Positions 37,017 to 50,000 of a stretch of DNA of 64,000 bases are shown here, in pieces. The notes below the pieces were generated by a model. The model made no database searches and was not told the origin of the DNA. It saw only the letters and a program-made list of their open reading frames with translations. The DNA is taken from positions 2,108,001 through 2,172,000 of the forward strand of contig OZ374559.1 in NCBI GenBank assembly GCA_977862235.1. Reading direction: 5' to 3'. Origin of the DNA: Dudresnaya verticillata. Lineage: Eukaryota. A program made the translations under genes and the position numbers. The number at the start of each line of letters is the position of its first letter. Positions within the stretch are counted from its first letter, which is position 1.

Positions 37017-38026
37017 ATGCACGTATTGACACGCCCCCTTGTACTATCTGGCCTGCTTCTCATTTGTGCGGTCATGTGCGCACATGGCGGAAGTGTCTGC
37101 ACTGGCACTCAAGGGGGTTCAGACTACATGTGCGTCGACTGGTCCTTCGGCTCAGAGCTGATGTCACTAGCGCAGTACACGTACAAGCAACATTCTGGAG
37201 ATGACGTCTTCTTCGGTGTCGGCTCTTACGGGGCGCAATGGAACTACAACATCGGAAAATGTTACAAGTTCTACCTCAGCCCTGCGACGAAGCCAATTAT
37301 TGCTCAGGTGACAAACTACGGTGCCGACATTAACCAAAACCAGTTTGACATGGTATGGAACGCCTCATGATCAACAAAGAAATCTCGTTATACAAGAGGT
37401 ATTCCCCCACAGCACATACAGAAATACTGACTCCGTTTTCCTCGTTATTGACAATTGTCCTAATTCGTATATACAAGCAAATGGGTGGCGGCGGCTTTGG
37501 TGTCTGGAATGCATGTGCAGGGCCTACGGATAAGACTGCTAGCAATTCTCATCCGTGCAACACCAACCATCTTCTTAATACTCCGGTCTGGCCGCAGTTC
37601 AACAGTGCCAAATCGCAGTGGGGTAATCGGTGTGGTGGGCAGATTTGGCGATCTGGATGTGCATGGCTTCCAAAATGGCCCGCAGGACTTTCCTATACTC
37701 CAAAACCTTCAGGAAGCTCCTCAAATGAGCCTGATCTTGTGCAGCTTTGTCAGCGCTCATACGATTGGGGGGCTCGAATTCAGAATGGGAACAAGCAGAT
37801 CACCCATGGGCAACGCGTACCTTGCCCAACACCGTTGATCGAGATCACCAATTTGAAGCGCTGGGATGATCATCATGGTGGTAGTATGTCTTCTGGGTAT
37901 CTCACCAGTACAATGGATTGTTGCGCACCAGCTTCTGCATACCCCAGCGCTACAAACGGAAACAATTTGATTCCCGGGAAAAACAAGATTACCCCATGCA
38001 AGAGAGATGGATACACTCGGGTCTAG
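37017..38026 (+). CDS. Secreted GH45-family endoglucanase-like protein, apparently circularly permuted; join(37017..37352,37478..38026), 294 aa
   Basis: Signal peptide, then YMC, GKCYKF, IIAQVTNYGADINQNQFDM|QMGGGGFG, WGNRCGG, RVPCP..LIEITNLKRWDD and C-terminal TSTMDCCAP. A 125-nt GTATGG...AAG intron restores the frame and the motif. Confidence 0.88.
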
Positions 38027-39170
38027 TTGTGTTCAGTTCAGGCCACTTTATGGGCTCGAATAGTCTTGTTGGACGCCGCATTTTGAAAAGAATTTGCTCG
38101 TCTCTAGGCATTGCTTGGATGATAGGATGAACTATGTGAACTTGAAGGTTTTGTTTTGAGAGTTTCGGCTTGTATTTCTTCCGGATGGGAAATGCCTTTG
38201 TTTACCCAAGAATGCTCCACGGCGTTCTTTCAGAGTATATTCTTGGAAGCGATATTTCAGCTTCCTGTGTTTGACACTAATGGCAACATGTTCAGGAATA
38301 AAGAATGTTTTGTGACTATGGTGGGCTTCCCCGTCGTTGCAGTACATATCTCCGACAAAAGTCTGGAAACTTTCGAGCATCGAGTTCAATCTCTGGGCCA
38401 CGACATTCATCTGCATGCATTACCTTTCGAGCATTTTTTATTCTCTCGACGTGGCTTTGCAGGCAACTGCATTGCTAATTCCAACGGGAATGCACACCTA
38501 GAATAAATAACCCATACTTTCCTATTGGCGACTATTGCAAGGAACCGGATTGTCTGTGCCTCGTAATCCCTCTTGTGGGTTCTGCCTGGGGTCTAAACAC
38601 TAAAGAATTTCTCTATGACATACAGCGCAAAAGACACAGCAAAAGAGCGCCCCCTATCGCCAACTTGTTGTCTACTTCAAGGCCGCGAGACATTCTGACG
38701 AAGCAGCGTGGAGGGGCAATGCACTCCGTTCATTTGTTTGTTGGGGAGAAGCGCCAATTGGCCCCTTGCCGCTGTACGTTTTGAAAATGTTAAAAATCAC
38801 AGTTTGGGACTAGTCGTGAATCACCGGACACCAACTCGTCTGATAACACACCGACCTACTCGTGAAGCTATGGCAAGGTGGCAAACCCCGTTTGGTGGCA
38901 TTTGTATCGCGAAGGAGAAGTAGAGCTGGCTTCTAAGGTTAGCGCGTTGTGCAGTGCTTTTTCCCAACAATGCAAAGCGTGCCAGTCAGATTCGTCGTCA
39001 AGATCCCATCGTGTCCCGACCTGTCTGACCTGAAACATGCCAAACCCTTCTATATGTGGGTTAGTGGGAAGCGGTGATATGTCCCTCTATCTGCTTTCAA
39101 AGACCTCCTTCATCTCCTTCAAAATCATCCATGTACTAGGTAGAACTGTGATGATTCGCAACCAAGAACA

Positions 39171-40793
39171 ATGAAGTCGAGCAATTCGAGTAAGTTTCCC
39201 CATCCGCTCCACTCCGTTCTGCTCTTCTTCCTCTTCGCCTACCTAGTACGGGTCTTCTGCACGCTCTCTACCTACGGGATGGAATCCACAACAGCAGTTC
39301 TAAATGAGCTCTCGGCCCGCCCAGCAAAGTTGCATCCGGCACGCGATCTGCATTCATCGGGTCCATTGCGCACCCCAGCACCGCTCTCCCGTCTGCTTCC
39401 ATTAAGGCGCCCCTCAACGCCACGTCCACCTCGGGATTGGAAGCGTCCACACGTGCTTGCAGCTCATGTGACGTTGCACGCGAATTCCTCTCGTACGCTA
39501 ACGCTCTTCACCGCAGGGATCCTACTCAACTACCTCGAGCGAACGTTCCGAGCTGTTGGGTGCTTAGTCGGGACACGCACCTACCCAGCAGTCTTCGCCT
39601 TCCACGAGAAGGTTGTATGCAATCTGCCTCCGGATGTCGCTCATTTGCCGGGCGAACGCGTCTCCGTCGTGGTCGCACTGGACGAACGCCTACAGGTCGC
39701 CATGTCGAGACCGCAGAAAATCCATGGCTACATTTTCGAGATACGCGACGGGGATGTGTTTGCCATTACCAAGGAAGTTCAGATTGCTAACAGCGTGGAG
39801 CAGATAGCGTGGAGCAACGGATCTTCGCTAGTAGCGGGGATTAGCTCTGATATTTCTTGGGGTGAGAATCTGGTAGACGAGGAGCCACAGAATGGTACTC
39901 TGAGGTATGAGCTATGTATGGTAACTGTGATGAAGCAATACCCACATCTACTACCAGAGTGGATTGCATACTACCGGAGAATGGGTGTGGATCGTTTCTA
40001 CATCTACGACAATGATGCTGTCCATGACCTGACGAGATACCAAAGCCCATTTGTCGAGGTGGTGTACTGGCCACATGCGAGGTCGCAGACGCAGGCATTC
40101 ACGCACTTTTTAGTGGCCGGTGCATCACGCTGCAAGTATGTGGGGTTTTTCGATGCCGATGAGTTCGTACATATTGGGAACGCAGAGCCGTACGCTATGA
40201 AGAGATATCTTCTACTACGTGCGTTGCAGGGTTTCAACCAGATCACATTTTTATTCTTGACGATGCATAACAATGGATACATCCGTACACCTAAGGGGAG
40301 TCTACCAGAGCTGTATACGAAACGGAAGAAAGAGGAGAAGAGGGACATTGGAAAATCTGTAGTGGATCTAGACGCGGGGTGGGATTACCAGACCATCCAT
40401 ACGACGGTTGGCGGCAAGAATCGAAACTACTACAACGGGACGACAGAGTTAGATCCAAAAGAGATCAACAGTAACGCCATGCTAGTCCATTTCACGGAAC
40501 GTAGCTGGGAGGAGTATGTGGCGAAGCAGCAGGTGGGTGGGGCATCTGTACTGACCAAACAGCCTGCAAGCGACAATCTTGAGATGAACAAGCCGAAGGA
40601 TTGGTACATGAAGACGCCTACCGTCGAGTGGCTGACATTCCGGGACTATTGGAGAAAGATCATGAAGCAAAAGGATGTTGGAGGGTCCGTTCTAACTTGG
40701 AAGACCGAACATGGATTGACTTGCAGCCACATGTTCTGCTCTTTCTGCAGAAGCCCCAAGTGGTTTGGAGTCGCGAGTTGTTACGAAGTATAG
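39171..40793 (+). CDS. Glycosyltransferase family 92 (DUF23)-like type II membrane protein, 540 aa
   Basis: N-terminal TM anchor and Pro-rich stem, ELCMVTVMK...LPEWIAYYRRMGVDRFYIYDN, DxD motif FFDADEF, GKSVV and LVHF..RSWEEY. Confidence 0.88.
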   Translation: MKSSNSSKFPHPLHSVLLFFLFAYLVRVFCTLSTYGMESTTAVLNELSARPAKLHPARDLHSSGPLRTPAPLSRLLPLRRPSTPRPPRDWKRPHVLAAHVTLHANSSRTLTLFTAGILLNYLERTFRAVGCLVGTRTYPAVFAFHEKVVCNLPPDVAHLPGERVSVVVALDERLQVAMSRPQKIHGYIFEIRDGDVFAITKEVQIANSVEQIAWSNGSSLVAGISSDISWGENLVDEEPQNGTLRYELCMVTVMKQYPHLLPEWIAYYRRMGVDRFYIYDNDAVHDLTRYQSPFVEVVYWPHARSQTQAFTHFLVAGASRCKYVGFFDADEFVHIGNAEPYAMKRYLLLRALQGFNQITFLFLTMHNNGYIRTPKGSLPELYTKRKKEEKRDIGKSVVDLDAGWDYQTIHTTVGGKNRNYYNGTTELDPKEINSNAMLVHFTERSWEEYVAKQQVGGASVLTKQPASDNLEMNKPKDWYMKTPTVEWLTFRDYWRKIMKQKDVGGSVLTWKTEHGLTCSHMFCSFCRSPKWFGVASCYEV

Positions 40794-42937
40794 CCTGAAA
40801 AACTCAGCGCGGATAGTGCGGGTATTATGTTATAGGTATCCCTCTGTTCGTTTAGTGTTCCACCCTTCTCCTTGGTAGACTGTGAAACTTGTATATATTG
40901 TACTGTGTAAAGTAGGACAATAGCACAAAAGCCGACTTGTGTCCTCCTGCAGAGCAATTTACTATCCTAAGAATGAATGAAGAAGCTTGGTCAGATCCTG
41001 AGGTGATACTAGCAAGATGGCTGGGGTAGTGTGTAAGTTGCCTAGGGTTAGACTTCTCAATGTTGCATTGTACTAGACAGTATTCTATTTTGCTGTTTTC
41101 ACCAATTCTTGATTTGACAGGCTGACGATCAACTTTACTTTCTACCTGACGCAATCCATGCTGTGAGCACATGTTAAGGTCCTAAGATAGCTGTGCAGAA
41201 TTATTTATGGGAAACGATAAAGATCCGCCTCTCTGACTTAAATTATCATAACTATTTAACACGGATCAATTGCCATAACAATCGTCATCTCGTGATTGCA
41301 TACTCGCTGCTAGAAAATTTAATTCATGGAACACTCATTCTGAAGCGTTAGGGTCGCATTTCTGTGTCCGACGTGTACTCATGTTGATACCGATGCTTCC
41401 GTAATTTCCTGAAGAGCATCATCTCTTCTGTCGGAAACTATTCGGTGCTTTGATGCATATACAAACAATGCTGCTCTGTCTCGCACGAAAACATGTTCCT
41501 TGCTTTAAGAATTGTTGTGCTCGAAGAACTACACGTCATTCACCGGTTGGCATTCTATCTGTGATATCCCCGATGAAATACACGCAATGTGTCCAGAAAG
41601 AAACGGCCTTTCACATTCTGATTCCCTAAGCATCACCCCTGAGCACATGCCGCGGTCATCCGGTCTCCAGATACATAATTTTGTGCTAGAAGGGCCTCGA
41701 GCTTGTCCCAGGTTCAAATGTTTGATAATGAATGCAAAACTGGTTCTCCGCACAGGTACTTGGCTAGTGTGGGGATCTTTTTTAGAATTTTCTGGGGCTC
41801 TAGTTGAACCTGCTCCTGATACTATTTATTGTTCCCGTCACCTGGTCCGATAAAAGTCCCTTAAGACTATTCCCTGGAGCGCTTTACTTTATGTTGGAAT
41901 ATAGGCGCGCCGTGTTTGCAAGCTATTTTAAGATTTCCCGCCGACATGGATTAGGGCAGAATAGACCTGCACTGAGCAGGTACAAGCTGCACACTTAATC
42001 GCTGATCGCAGCCCGCATTGTTGTATGTAAGTCCAGGAAAAGAGCAAGAGAAAGAGCTATTATTAAAACACTTTGACAGAACTACGTGTATTCTCTGGGT
42101 GCATGTTTCGCGAGCAATACGAATTTTCAAGATAGGCAGTGGCATTGGACGGAAAACACATCTCCTAACCACTTCCGAATAAAACATGTTCTCAAATACA
42201 AAGAAAAAAGCTTGTTACAACAGCACAGGTACTAGAAGTATTTTGCTCTAGTTTGAAGGAGGTATTGGGGATCCGCCTACAAACTACGCATCAGGAATGC
42301 AAACAATTCAAAATCGAATGCTCATCTGACGTTAGCATACAACTTCTAAATATTCTTTCTTGGCAGATAGAAGAAGAGCAATTGACTCCTCCTGCTGTGA
42401 ACCGTTGACCCTAATTCTTTAAAAATGAGGAGCCGAAAATAGCAATACTAATTGTTCCCTTGTAGAAACGTATCTCAGCAAGCTTCAGTTCCATGATCCC
42501 GAAAAGCTTTTCACACCGTCCTTGAGGTAGGTGGACCTTCTCCAAAAAAAGAACATACCAATAGATAAACGAATTTGAAGTTTCATTTCCGGCCGAACAG
42601 ACTCGTCTGCTCACAAGAGGAATTGGAGGCAATGGAATCGCGCAGGAGGAGTATATACTGAGGGGATTGTGTGACGGACGTTTTCGCATTCTCGACGTTT
42701 TGGTGGGACTATGAAATTTCGTTTCATGCTCCAGCTGCATGCTTCAAATTAGAGTGCAATACTTCCAAAGCAGAAGTGTGTCTCTCGGTCCAAACTTTGG
42801 GAAGGCTTTTCTTCCATGCACTTATAAATATGGTACATGAAAATCCCTGCCACGACATGGAGCGGCCCCAAAGCAAGACCAAACCTGACACAGAAAAAGG
42901 AGAGCAGCATACAAACTGCCAAACGTAACCATCTGCA

Positions 42938-43207
42938 ATGGCCGTTCGTTTGTTCGCAGCCTTCGTCCTTGCAGTTTTCTTCAGTTGCGTTCTCGCAGCT
43001 ACTGTACCGGAAACCTACTCTGCCAATCGGGGTCAGAACGCCGCACCAGCTGCAGCAATGGAACAAGCCAAGGCATATTTCACTTCAACGATTCATCTGC
43101 TGCCGCTCAGTAAGACGGTAGGGTCCGCCGAGGGTCCACAGGGAGCTCGGTCCAAGCACTATCGCTTGCATCCGCGAGTTGCGATTCCGAGCTCGGACCC
43201 CTGCTAA
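42938..43207 (+). CDS. Small secreted prepropeptide (89 aa), paralogue 1
   Basis: Signal peptide, TATAAATA at about 42823, and colinear homology with 46466-46723. Confidence 0.8.
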   Translation: MAVRLFAAFVLAVFFSCVLAATVPETYSANRGQNAAPAAAMEQAKAYFTSTIHLLPLSKTVGSAEGPQGARSKHYRLHPRVAIPSSDPC

Positions 43208-46200
43208 AGAAGAAACGTCATTGAACTGAAATGATGATCTACACTGATACACTGATGTAGGAATAAGGGGCATTTCTGTTCCTGAAACGTGGTAGGACTT
43301 TGAGAAGTCTAGCTCTGTAGAGAAGTAGTACTCCATCTTTGAGAGAAATCATTAGATTTGTTAATAGTTTCGTGAGATAGTCTTAGACAATAATGGTATA
43401 TGGTTAGTGCGGTTAATCCTTTGTCATGAGTAAGGGTTCTACCCTTCTGTTGACGGAGGTCAGGATTGGACCCGGGTTGATTCTGTTCTAAAATTCCATT
43501 GACCTAGTGCCAATACAACGCAGTAAACAGACGCATGTGAAACATTTATGACTTGTGTTGTTGGGTATTAAACATCACTGCCTATCCTTTTCAAACGCAG
43601 TTCGGCATCCAGCCCTTTCGTCACCCCGCAGCATAGCTAAACAATGGAAGGCTAATCTCTTCACTGCTGCGAGTCCGTATCCTTGATGATGTTTTTGTAA
43701 CGAAAGGAAGAACGACAAAAGCCGTTCATTCTCAATAAAGGCCTTGCAACTATCTTTCACTTTCAAAATAAAGAGTTCTGCAGATCCGATTGTAGATGGA
43801 ATCATGATGCTCCAATATGTTTTTGGACAAAACTGGGTAGCTCCAAACATTGAACTCGAGATTGCATCTGAAACGAACCGATTCACAGAGGCAAATTTCT
43901 CCTCGGTGATACCGTATCACATCCTCATCATCATCACAACCGTATCACTGGTACGCCAAAGCATATGCAATCGAAGCAATCAAAACCGGCAATATTCGTC
44001 AACTTGTGGTTTTGGGCATTACGTATGTTTTTCGAGCCGCTTAGCAGTAGCCTTGCGAGTGTGGGGGTCCCGCTCCAGTCCCCGGACAGAGCTTGCAGAA
44101 GCATTCGTGGTGGAGGAAAACTGCGCTTGGGATAGACGAACGAGAAGCTACGTGTGCTGCAGGCGCATACTCGTGAGAAGGAAATACACAGCAAGCTGTT
44201 GTAGATTTTTGGCTCGATTTCGAGCGATCATTGCTCCATCACAGGCAAATGACGAGCCACAATGAACGCAGAATGGGTGCACGAATACAAAAAACAACAA
44301 GAAAATAAATCTGAACCATCACAATGAACCGCCACCATGTCATCCTCGACACATAATAATAATGACCGTAGATGTAATTATTCACCATGCTGCGTGGACA
44401 GCTTGACATTGGCAAGCTTGTGATTTCATGATGCGCGAGTATGGTCTTCGGTGTGGGATGCTCGAGTCTAGATGGAAATCAGCCGCTATCGTGTTGGGAT
44501 ACTCGTAGACAATGTTCGTACAGGTAACCTTGTAGATGGCCCTCAATATACATCCATACAGTTGCCCTGAATCGTGTTCAGGGGGCTCGGAACTCACCAG
44601 AGTATATTTTTGTAAATCGCTCCATTTTAAATCCTAACGTGATGCTTGCTACTGTTAGCATTCTTGGTCTTGAGCATTTCTTTTAACCACGGTGGGCATT
44701 CGTAGCAAGTTTTTCCCTCGGACACAAAACAATCCTCCTATATTTAAATCATCGCAGTAGTAAGCCTAGTGCAGAGATACAACTATCGTTCACATTCCAA
44801 CATTCTGACATGCAAACGATTCCTTGCAATTGGCCCTGTTGTTGAGAGCACTACTTTAAGAAGCTCGAACAATAAACCGATGCGTGGACAATTTATGGCC
44901 TCGCCATAAATGCGTATATTTCTTCTACGCATTGCTCTGATTTATTTACTACCGCTACTTTGAGTGCCTCGTAAGCGCCTTTTTTGTACCATTTCTTTCC
45001 TGTTGTGCACACATTGTAGGCAACTCGGTCGGTGCCTTCCTGTTCTTTTCCTGCAGAGCTTTTTATTAAGCATTGAAACTATGACATGACGCGCACATGC
45101 CCATCTTTATCGAAAAGTATCCCGGAGGGGGCTTTGGGATTGTTTTCCAATACCGAGCACTACACATGACACGCGTAGGTTCCATGGTGCGAAATCATGT
45201 CTGTTTGGAATAGTCTCAACAAAGACCGCTTGGCTACGTTTCCAGATTTTTCATTGGATAGTTGTCCCGATAGCCATAAGGCACCCGTGCACAAACCTTT
45301 CCTTCCCAGTTCAATCGCTGAGAGACTCAGTTACGCATTTACTTTTACATTCATGCTTTGCGGGCTCAAACGTTGCGGATAACTACAACCACACACCGAC
45401 TGAAGTCCCGAAAGGCCTGTGGCCTTTGCATGCAAGTTCTATACGGCGAACACTATTCATTGGAGTGAAATAACGAACCTTGAGAATGCCTCAGAAAAGG
45501 TGCTTTTCAGGCAAACTAGGATGAGGAATGTGCCCGAATACTGTCAGAGCAAAAGTTTCTACTTCGCCACATGATCGTTCTAATAAATAGTTCCTCTATA
45601 TTTTTCCAACACTATTGATTTCGAAGCGAATGTATTGCGCAACGGGTCGAAAGATCGACAATTGACCTTGAGAGCGGGCCAGAACGAGAATTGCAGCTAT
45701 TCTTTCCAACGTGGGTGGGACGTGTTCCGAGAAGTGCGACAGCGCGATAATGCTTAGGGGGATAAAGGAATGCCTGCGGCAGGTTCCATGTATCTGAGTC
45801 GGCTTTATCGGGTTCCATGCGAAAGACAACATATGCAAAGGCATGGGTTGCAGCTTCGCTAAAATATTCAAGTATCCCATACTCGGTCGAAACAATCCCC
45901 TGTTCGGGCAGCTAGTAATCCATCTGGAATTTCAGCTCCAATGCGGAGTCAAGTCCTAGTGCTTGCGGCTCTGGTAAGTTTCGACGTATAACGCCCGCAA
46001 AGCACCATCAAGAAATCGAGCAAACGTAATCCTATCTGTAGCTGGATGCGGCCATTCTTTTAAGCATGTTATTACGTCTTTCTTAAAGCCATCATTGTCT
46101 ACAAGCTTTTCTACCAAGGCAGTCGACTTGCAGATAGACGTTTTTTTACCTTGAGTGCTCTAAGTCCTCCTGACTGAAAGATATCGACAGCGAAGAAAGT

Positions 46201-46465
46201 TTTTAAACATTTTGTTGTTCTGCCGCTGAAGCAATCAAACACCGTCCCCGTTACGGCTATCATTGACATCTCCAGAAGGCATAATCTTCCGAATATACAG
46301 CTGTGAATGCCAGCTGTGTCAAGACGTCTGCTTGCGAAACTCCTATAAATACGGTTGCTACCTCGTCAATCAGGAGCTCATTCCTCACGATCACAGCACA
46401 AACTTCTCCGTCAAGCAAGAGAAAAGAAAGGAAACCTTCAACTCAACGCGCTTCCAATCCTCAAA

Positions 46466-46723
46466 ATGGCCGTTCGATTCGTTATGGTTGCACTCCTCGC
46501 TTTGTTCTTTGCCGCCGGTTATTCTGCATCTATCCCCGCTAGATACACGGCCAACGCCCTTGATTCCAAGGCTGCTCCTGCTGATGCGAAGGAAAAGGCT
46601 GACGAGTACTTCTCTTCCACGATTCGTCAAATCGAGCTTGAGAAGAAGGAGGCGAGGACTTCTAAGGGTGGTAAGGCCAAACCAAACCGCTTATACCCGC
46701 GAGTTGCCTACCCGAGTTGTTAA
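46466..46723 (+). CDS. Small secreted prepropeptide (85 aa), paralogue 2
   Basis: Signal peptide MAVRFVMVALLALFFAAGYSA, TATAAATA at about 46344, and C-terminus RLYPRVAYPSC. Confidence 0.82.
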   Translation: MAVRFVMVALLALFFAAGYSASIPARYTANALDSKAAPADAKEKADEYFSSTIRQIELEKKEARTSKGGKAKPNRLYPRVAYPSC

Positions 46724-47854
46724 GGACTGAAATACCTCGCAACTACTCTTAAAGGGCCAACAAGAAGAGCGGGTCTCTAGTCTCAGGGAACACACAAAAG
46801 AGAGTACACTGGGTCGGGAACGAAAACATTTTGTTCAGAAGAAGAAAAACATTGACGTCATCGTACCCTTAAAGTAGAGATAGACATCAGACAAGATAGC
46901 CATCTGGTACCGTCCATCAGGGGAATTAGAGCAACAACCTGATGCGCTTTGTTTAGTATAGTAAACATGACATAGTAAAACTTTCGAGTTGTGATCGATT
47001 TTTTTCACCGGGGCGAGGCAGAGGGGTGCTTGTCCTTGTAGCCAGCCATATGTAGAATCAGTCCTACCCACATGCTAGTCTCCCCGTTCGTTACTGAACT
47101 ATTGTCTCAGAACAAAAAAACAGCTACTTTTCCGGTACTGGAAAAACAGAAGGAGGGGTAAGTGATTGTAACTCGCACTGCAAGAAGAAAAAGGAAAATA
47201 CCTGATCGCCGATTCGGACAAAGTATCGTTGTCCTAGGGAGACCCATTCAGGAACTAAGTTGTTCAGAATATGCCACGCAGATAACAATTGGGCCCAATT
47301 GATGCATGCTTACTGTCTGAAGTGGCCTTTCGGTTACTTTTTGGGCAAAGAGCCCCCCTCTACGGCGTTACGTTCGCTATCCAATTTCGAGACTTTATGA
47401 CTGGTGAGAACTCGGTCTAATGGGGATTTCACCGCCGGGCTCATCAACTACCGACGGTAGTCAACACTGTTTGCGTTCTCCTGCTGTTGCCAATACCCTG
47501 AAGTAGCACATGGGACACATCGAAAAGTTTCGAAGAGCGGAGCTGCCTCTGCAGCTCCGGTCCGGGTTAAAACAGCCTCCGTAAATGGACACCATTTTCC
47601 TTTTAGGAGCAATTTGAACCCTGGAACTGGGCAGTAATTTTTCCATTACCTACGCCCACAAAGGCGCGACCAAATATCTTCTAGAATGGTGCGGCGTATC
47701 AAGCGGTGGGAAGGACCTCAAAGTACATGTTCAGATGCTTTCACCCTTTCCACCTCGGAACAAGCGCCCCACACCACTGATACACACGACTGTGCCCAAA
47801 CCCACTATAAAACTTCCCCTACTCCCAGATTAAGTCGAAGTGATGGTAAACATT

Positions 47855-48310
47855 TACTAATTGTTTAGGGTGGTCCCGCACGGGCAACCAAGACCCATTA
47901 TCAGGCGCACCAGCACAAAGTGCCAGAGAAGCAAAGAGTTACACGCAAGGAAGGGGGCTAATAGGCGGTGGGGAAGCGGTAGGGGTGGTCACGAGGAGGG
48001 TGGTGGGGCCGGGAACTCTGCAGCACATATATGCCTGAAGGTCGCGATGGTTCTGGACACGGATTGGAGATCAGCTGCGCTAGGGTGGAGTGACGATAGT
48101 GTGCGAAGGGTTTGGATGTGGGTACGCAGTAAGCTGCGTTTGGTAGGACACGAGCGGGGGATGGGGAACGTGCAAAGGTGCCAACGGATGGCCAGAGGCC
48201 GGTCGCGGTGATCTGGAAGCATGAGGGCCGGCACAAACGGGGACGGGGAAGCGGCAGCAGGGCGACTCCCTTGTACAGCTTCCTGCCATTCCAACGAGCA
48301 TTGGGCATTG
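47855..48310 (-). mobile_element. 5'-truncated LINE 3' end
   Basis: EWQEAVQGSRPAA...LPDHRDRPLAIRWHLCTFPIP. The stem-loop is at 47863-47910. Confidence 0.85.
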
Positions 48311-49539
48311 CGAAGTGCCCCTACAAGTTGTACCAGAGCTGTCGGAAAATTAATTGCAATAGCAATATATTGCAATACACAATAGCAATAGCACATTGAG
48401 TTGCTCAATGCAAATTGCAATCCAATGGGTATTGTACAGTTGTGAATAACAGTAATATGCAATTTCTAATTGTAGAAATTGCATTCTTGTTGCAGTGACA
48501 TTGTATATTACAATACCTGCTGGGATGAGTAGCAATATTGGAAGACCTATTGTTAAATGCAGTATACGATAGGCATAAGTGCGGTCTTGCGGGGGGGCAT
48601 CTGTAGTGTTGGATCCCGAGAATACAGCGTTTTATAGCCCCATGCTCTGCATTGCATCTTACCAAATCAGTTCTTGAAGCTATTATATTCCTCATTATGT
48701 CTCTCCGCTCTCTCCTAGGAGGCCGGAACAGGTCACATATGCACTAACGTATTTAAACCGAACTCGTCATAAGCGAAGGTTTGGCAAGTAGCCAGCCTCG
48801 TTCAGAGGACGGGACGGTCCGCATGTACCATAGAGATGCACACACACAACCACCGCTCCTTTTGAGCCGATTCCCAACCACTGGAAAAGGTGACTACCGT
48901 AGATAAAGAAATAAATCGCGTAATACGATTCTAAAGAACATTGGAGAAATGTAGAGACAACGCACTGTTCTCACAAGGGCGGGAGGGCGGTAAAAAAATC
49001 GTCGAGAAGCCTAGCGATGGGTACAGGGGACCATGCGTTTTTCGGAAGGCGTTCTGCGAAAGGAAGCTTGTGTTTTCGAGGATGAGGCATTTATGCTCGT
49101 CATTGGATTGTCGAAAAGTTGGACTGTACCGCACAAAGGCGGTAGTATGCAAACGAGGGCGCTCTGGTCTTGAAGGTTTCGTCCCAACGAAGCGGGCCAG
49201 ATCATTTTAAGAGGGCGGGGTGCAGAGCCGTTTCGCGACGAGAATTTGGACGTCAGAAAAACCACCGTTCTGTAGACTACTATCCAGCTTGGCACGAGCA
49301 CTCACCCGCTGGACTCGATCCCATGACCTCCATGACAGACCAAGCAAAAAGAAGCCACTAAGCTATTACCGCTTCACTGTGGCTTTGCTTGGTGCAGTTC
49401 TTTGATGTTCCCTACTTAGGATCCTACCTTCAGTAAGTATCTACATTACCTTCTGACAGCTCTTCAGACCTACTGGCCTCGCTTATCAACTTGAGGCCCC
49501 TTTCCTTCTCCCCGGCACCCAAAGTCGCCCCGCCGGCAT

Positions 49540-50000
49540 TCTTATGCATCCCTCCGCTGCTGATTCCACATCCTCTCCCTCAAATCGTCCCACAGCTCTA
49601 GACATTACCGTTCACAGCACTTTTAGCATTTCTGTTACCCGTAAGGCCGCCAAGGTTGCTGCCGGTGCAGTTGAAGAAACGCATGCTGACAAACTGCGCA
49701 CGTTTGTCCGCACAGTTCGCGCCGCCTTCAACCTTCCGAGCCGGTCTGAGTTTCCCGAGCTCAGTTGAGATTTTCTTCCTCCGGCGTTTGATACCATTGG
49801 CGCACCCAGTATTGCTGCTCAATCTTTTATCCATTGCATTGCCCAACGCATCGCCTGTCGCTGGTCCACCACGCCCGATCTCATGAAAGCTCGTCTCTCC
49901 CAATTTCTTAGCTACGCTATTTGGTCTCGTACTGCGCAGGTAATAGCGTCCCGTATGCAGACCTGTACCCTTAGCCCTCCACTTTCCAGCGCGAGCTGAA
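49540..50000 (+). mobile_element. REL-endonuclease fragment of another non-LTR family
   Basis: PTALDITV...E..HADK...FLPPAFDTIGA pattern. Confidence 0.55.
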
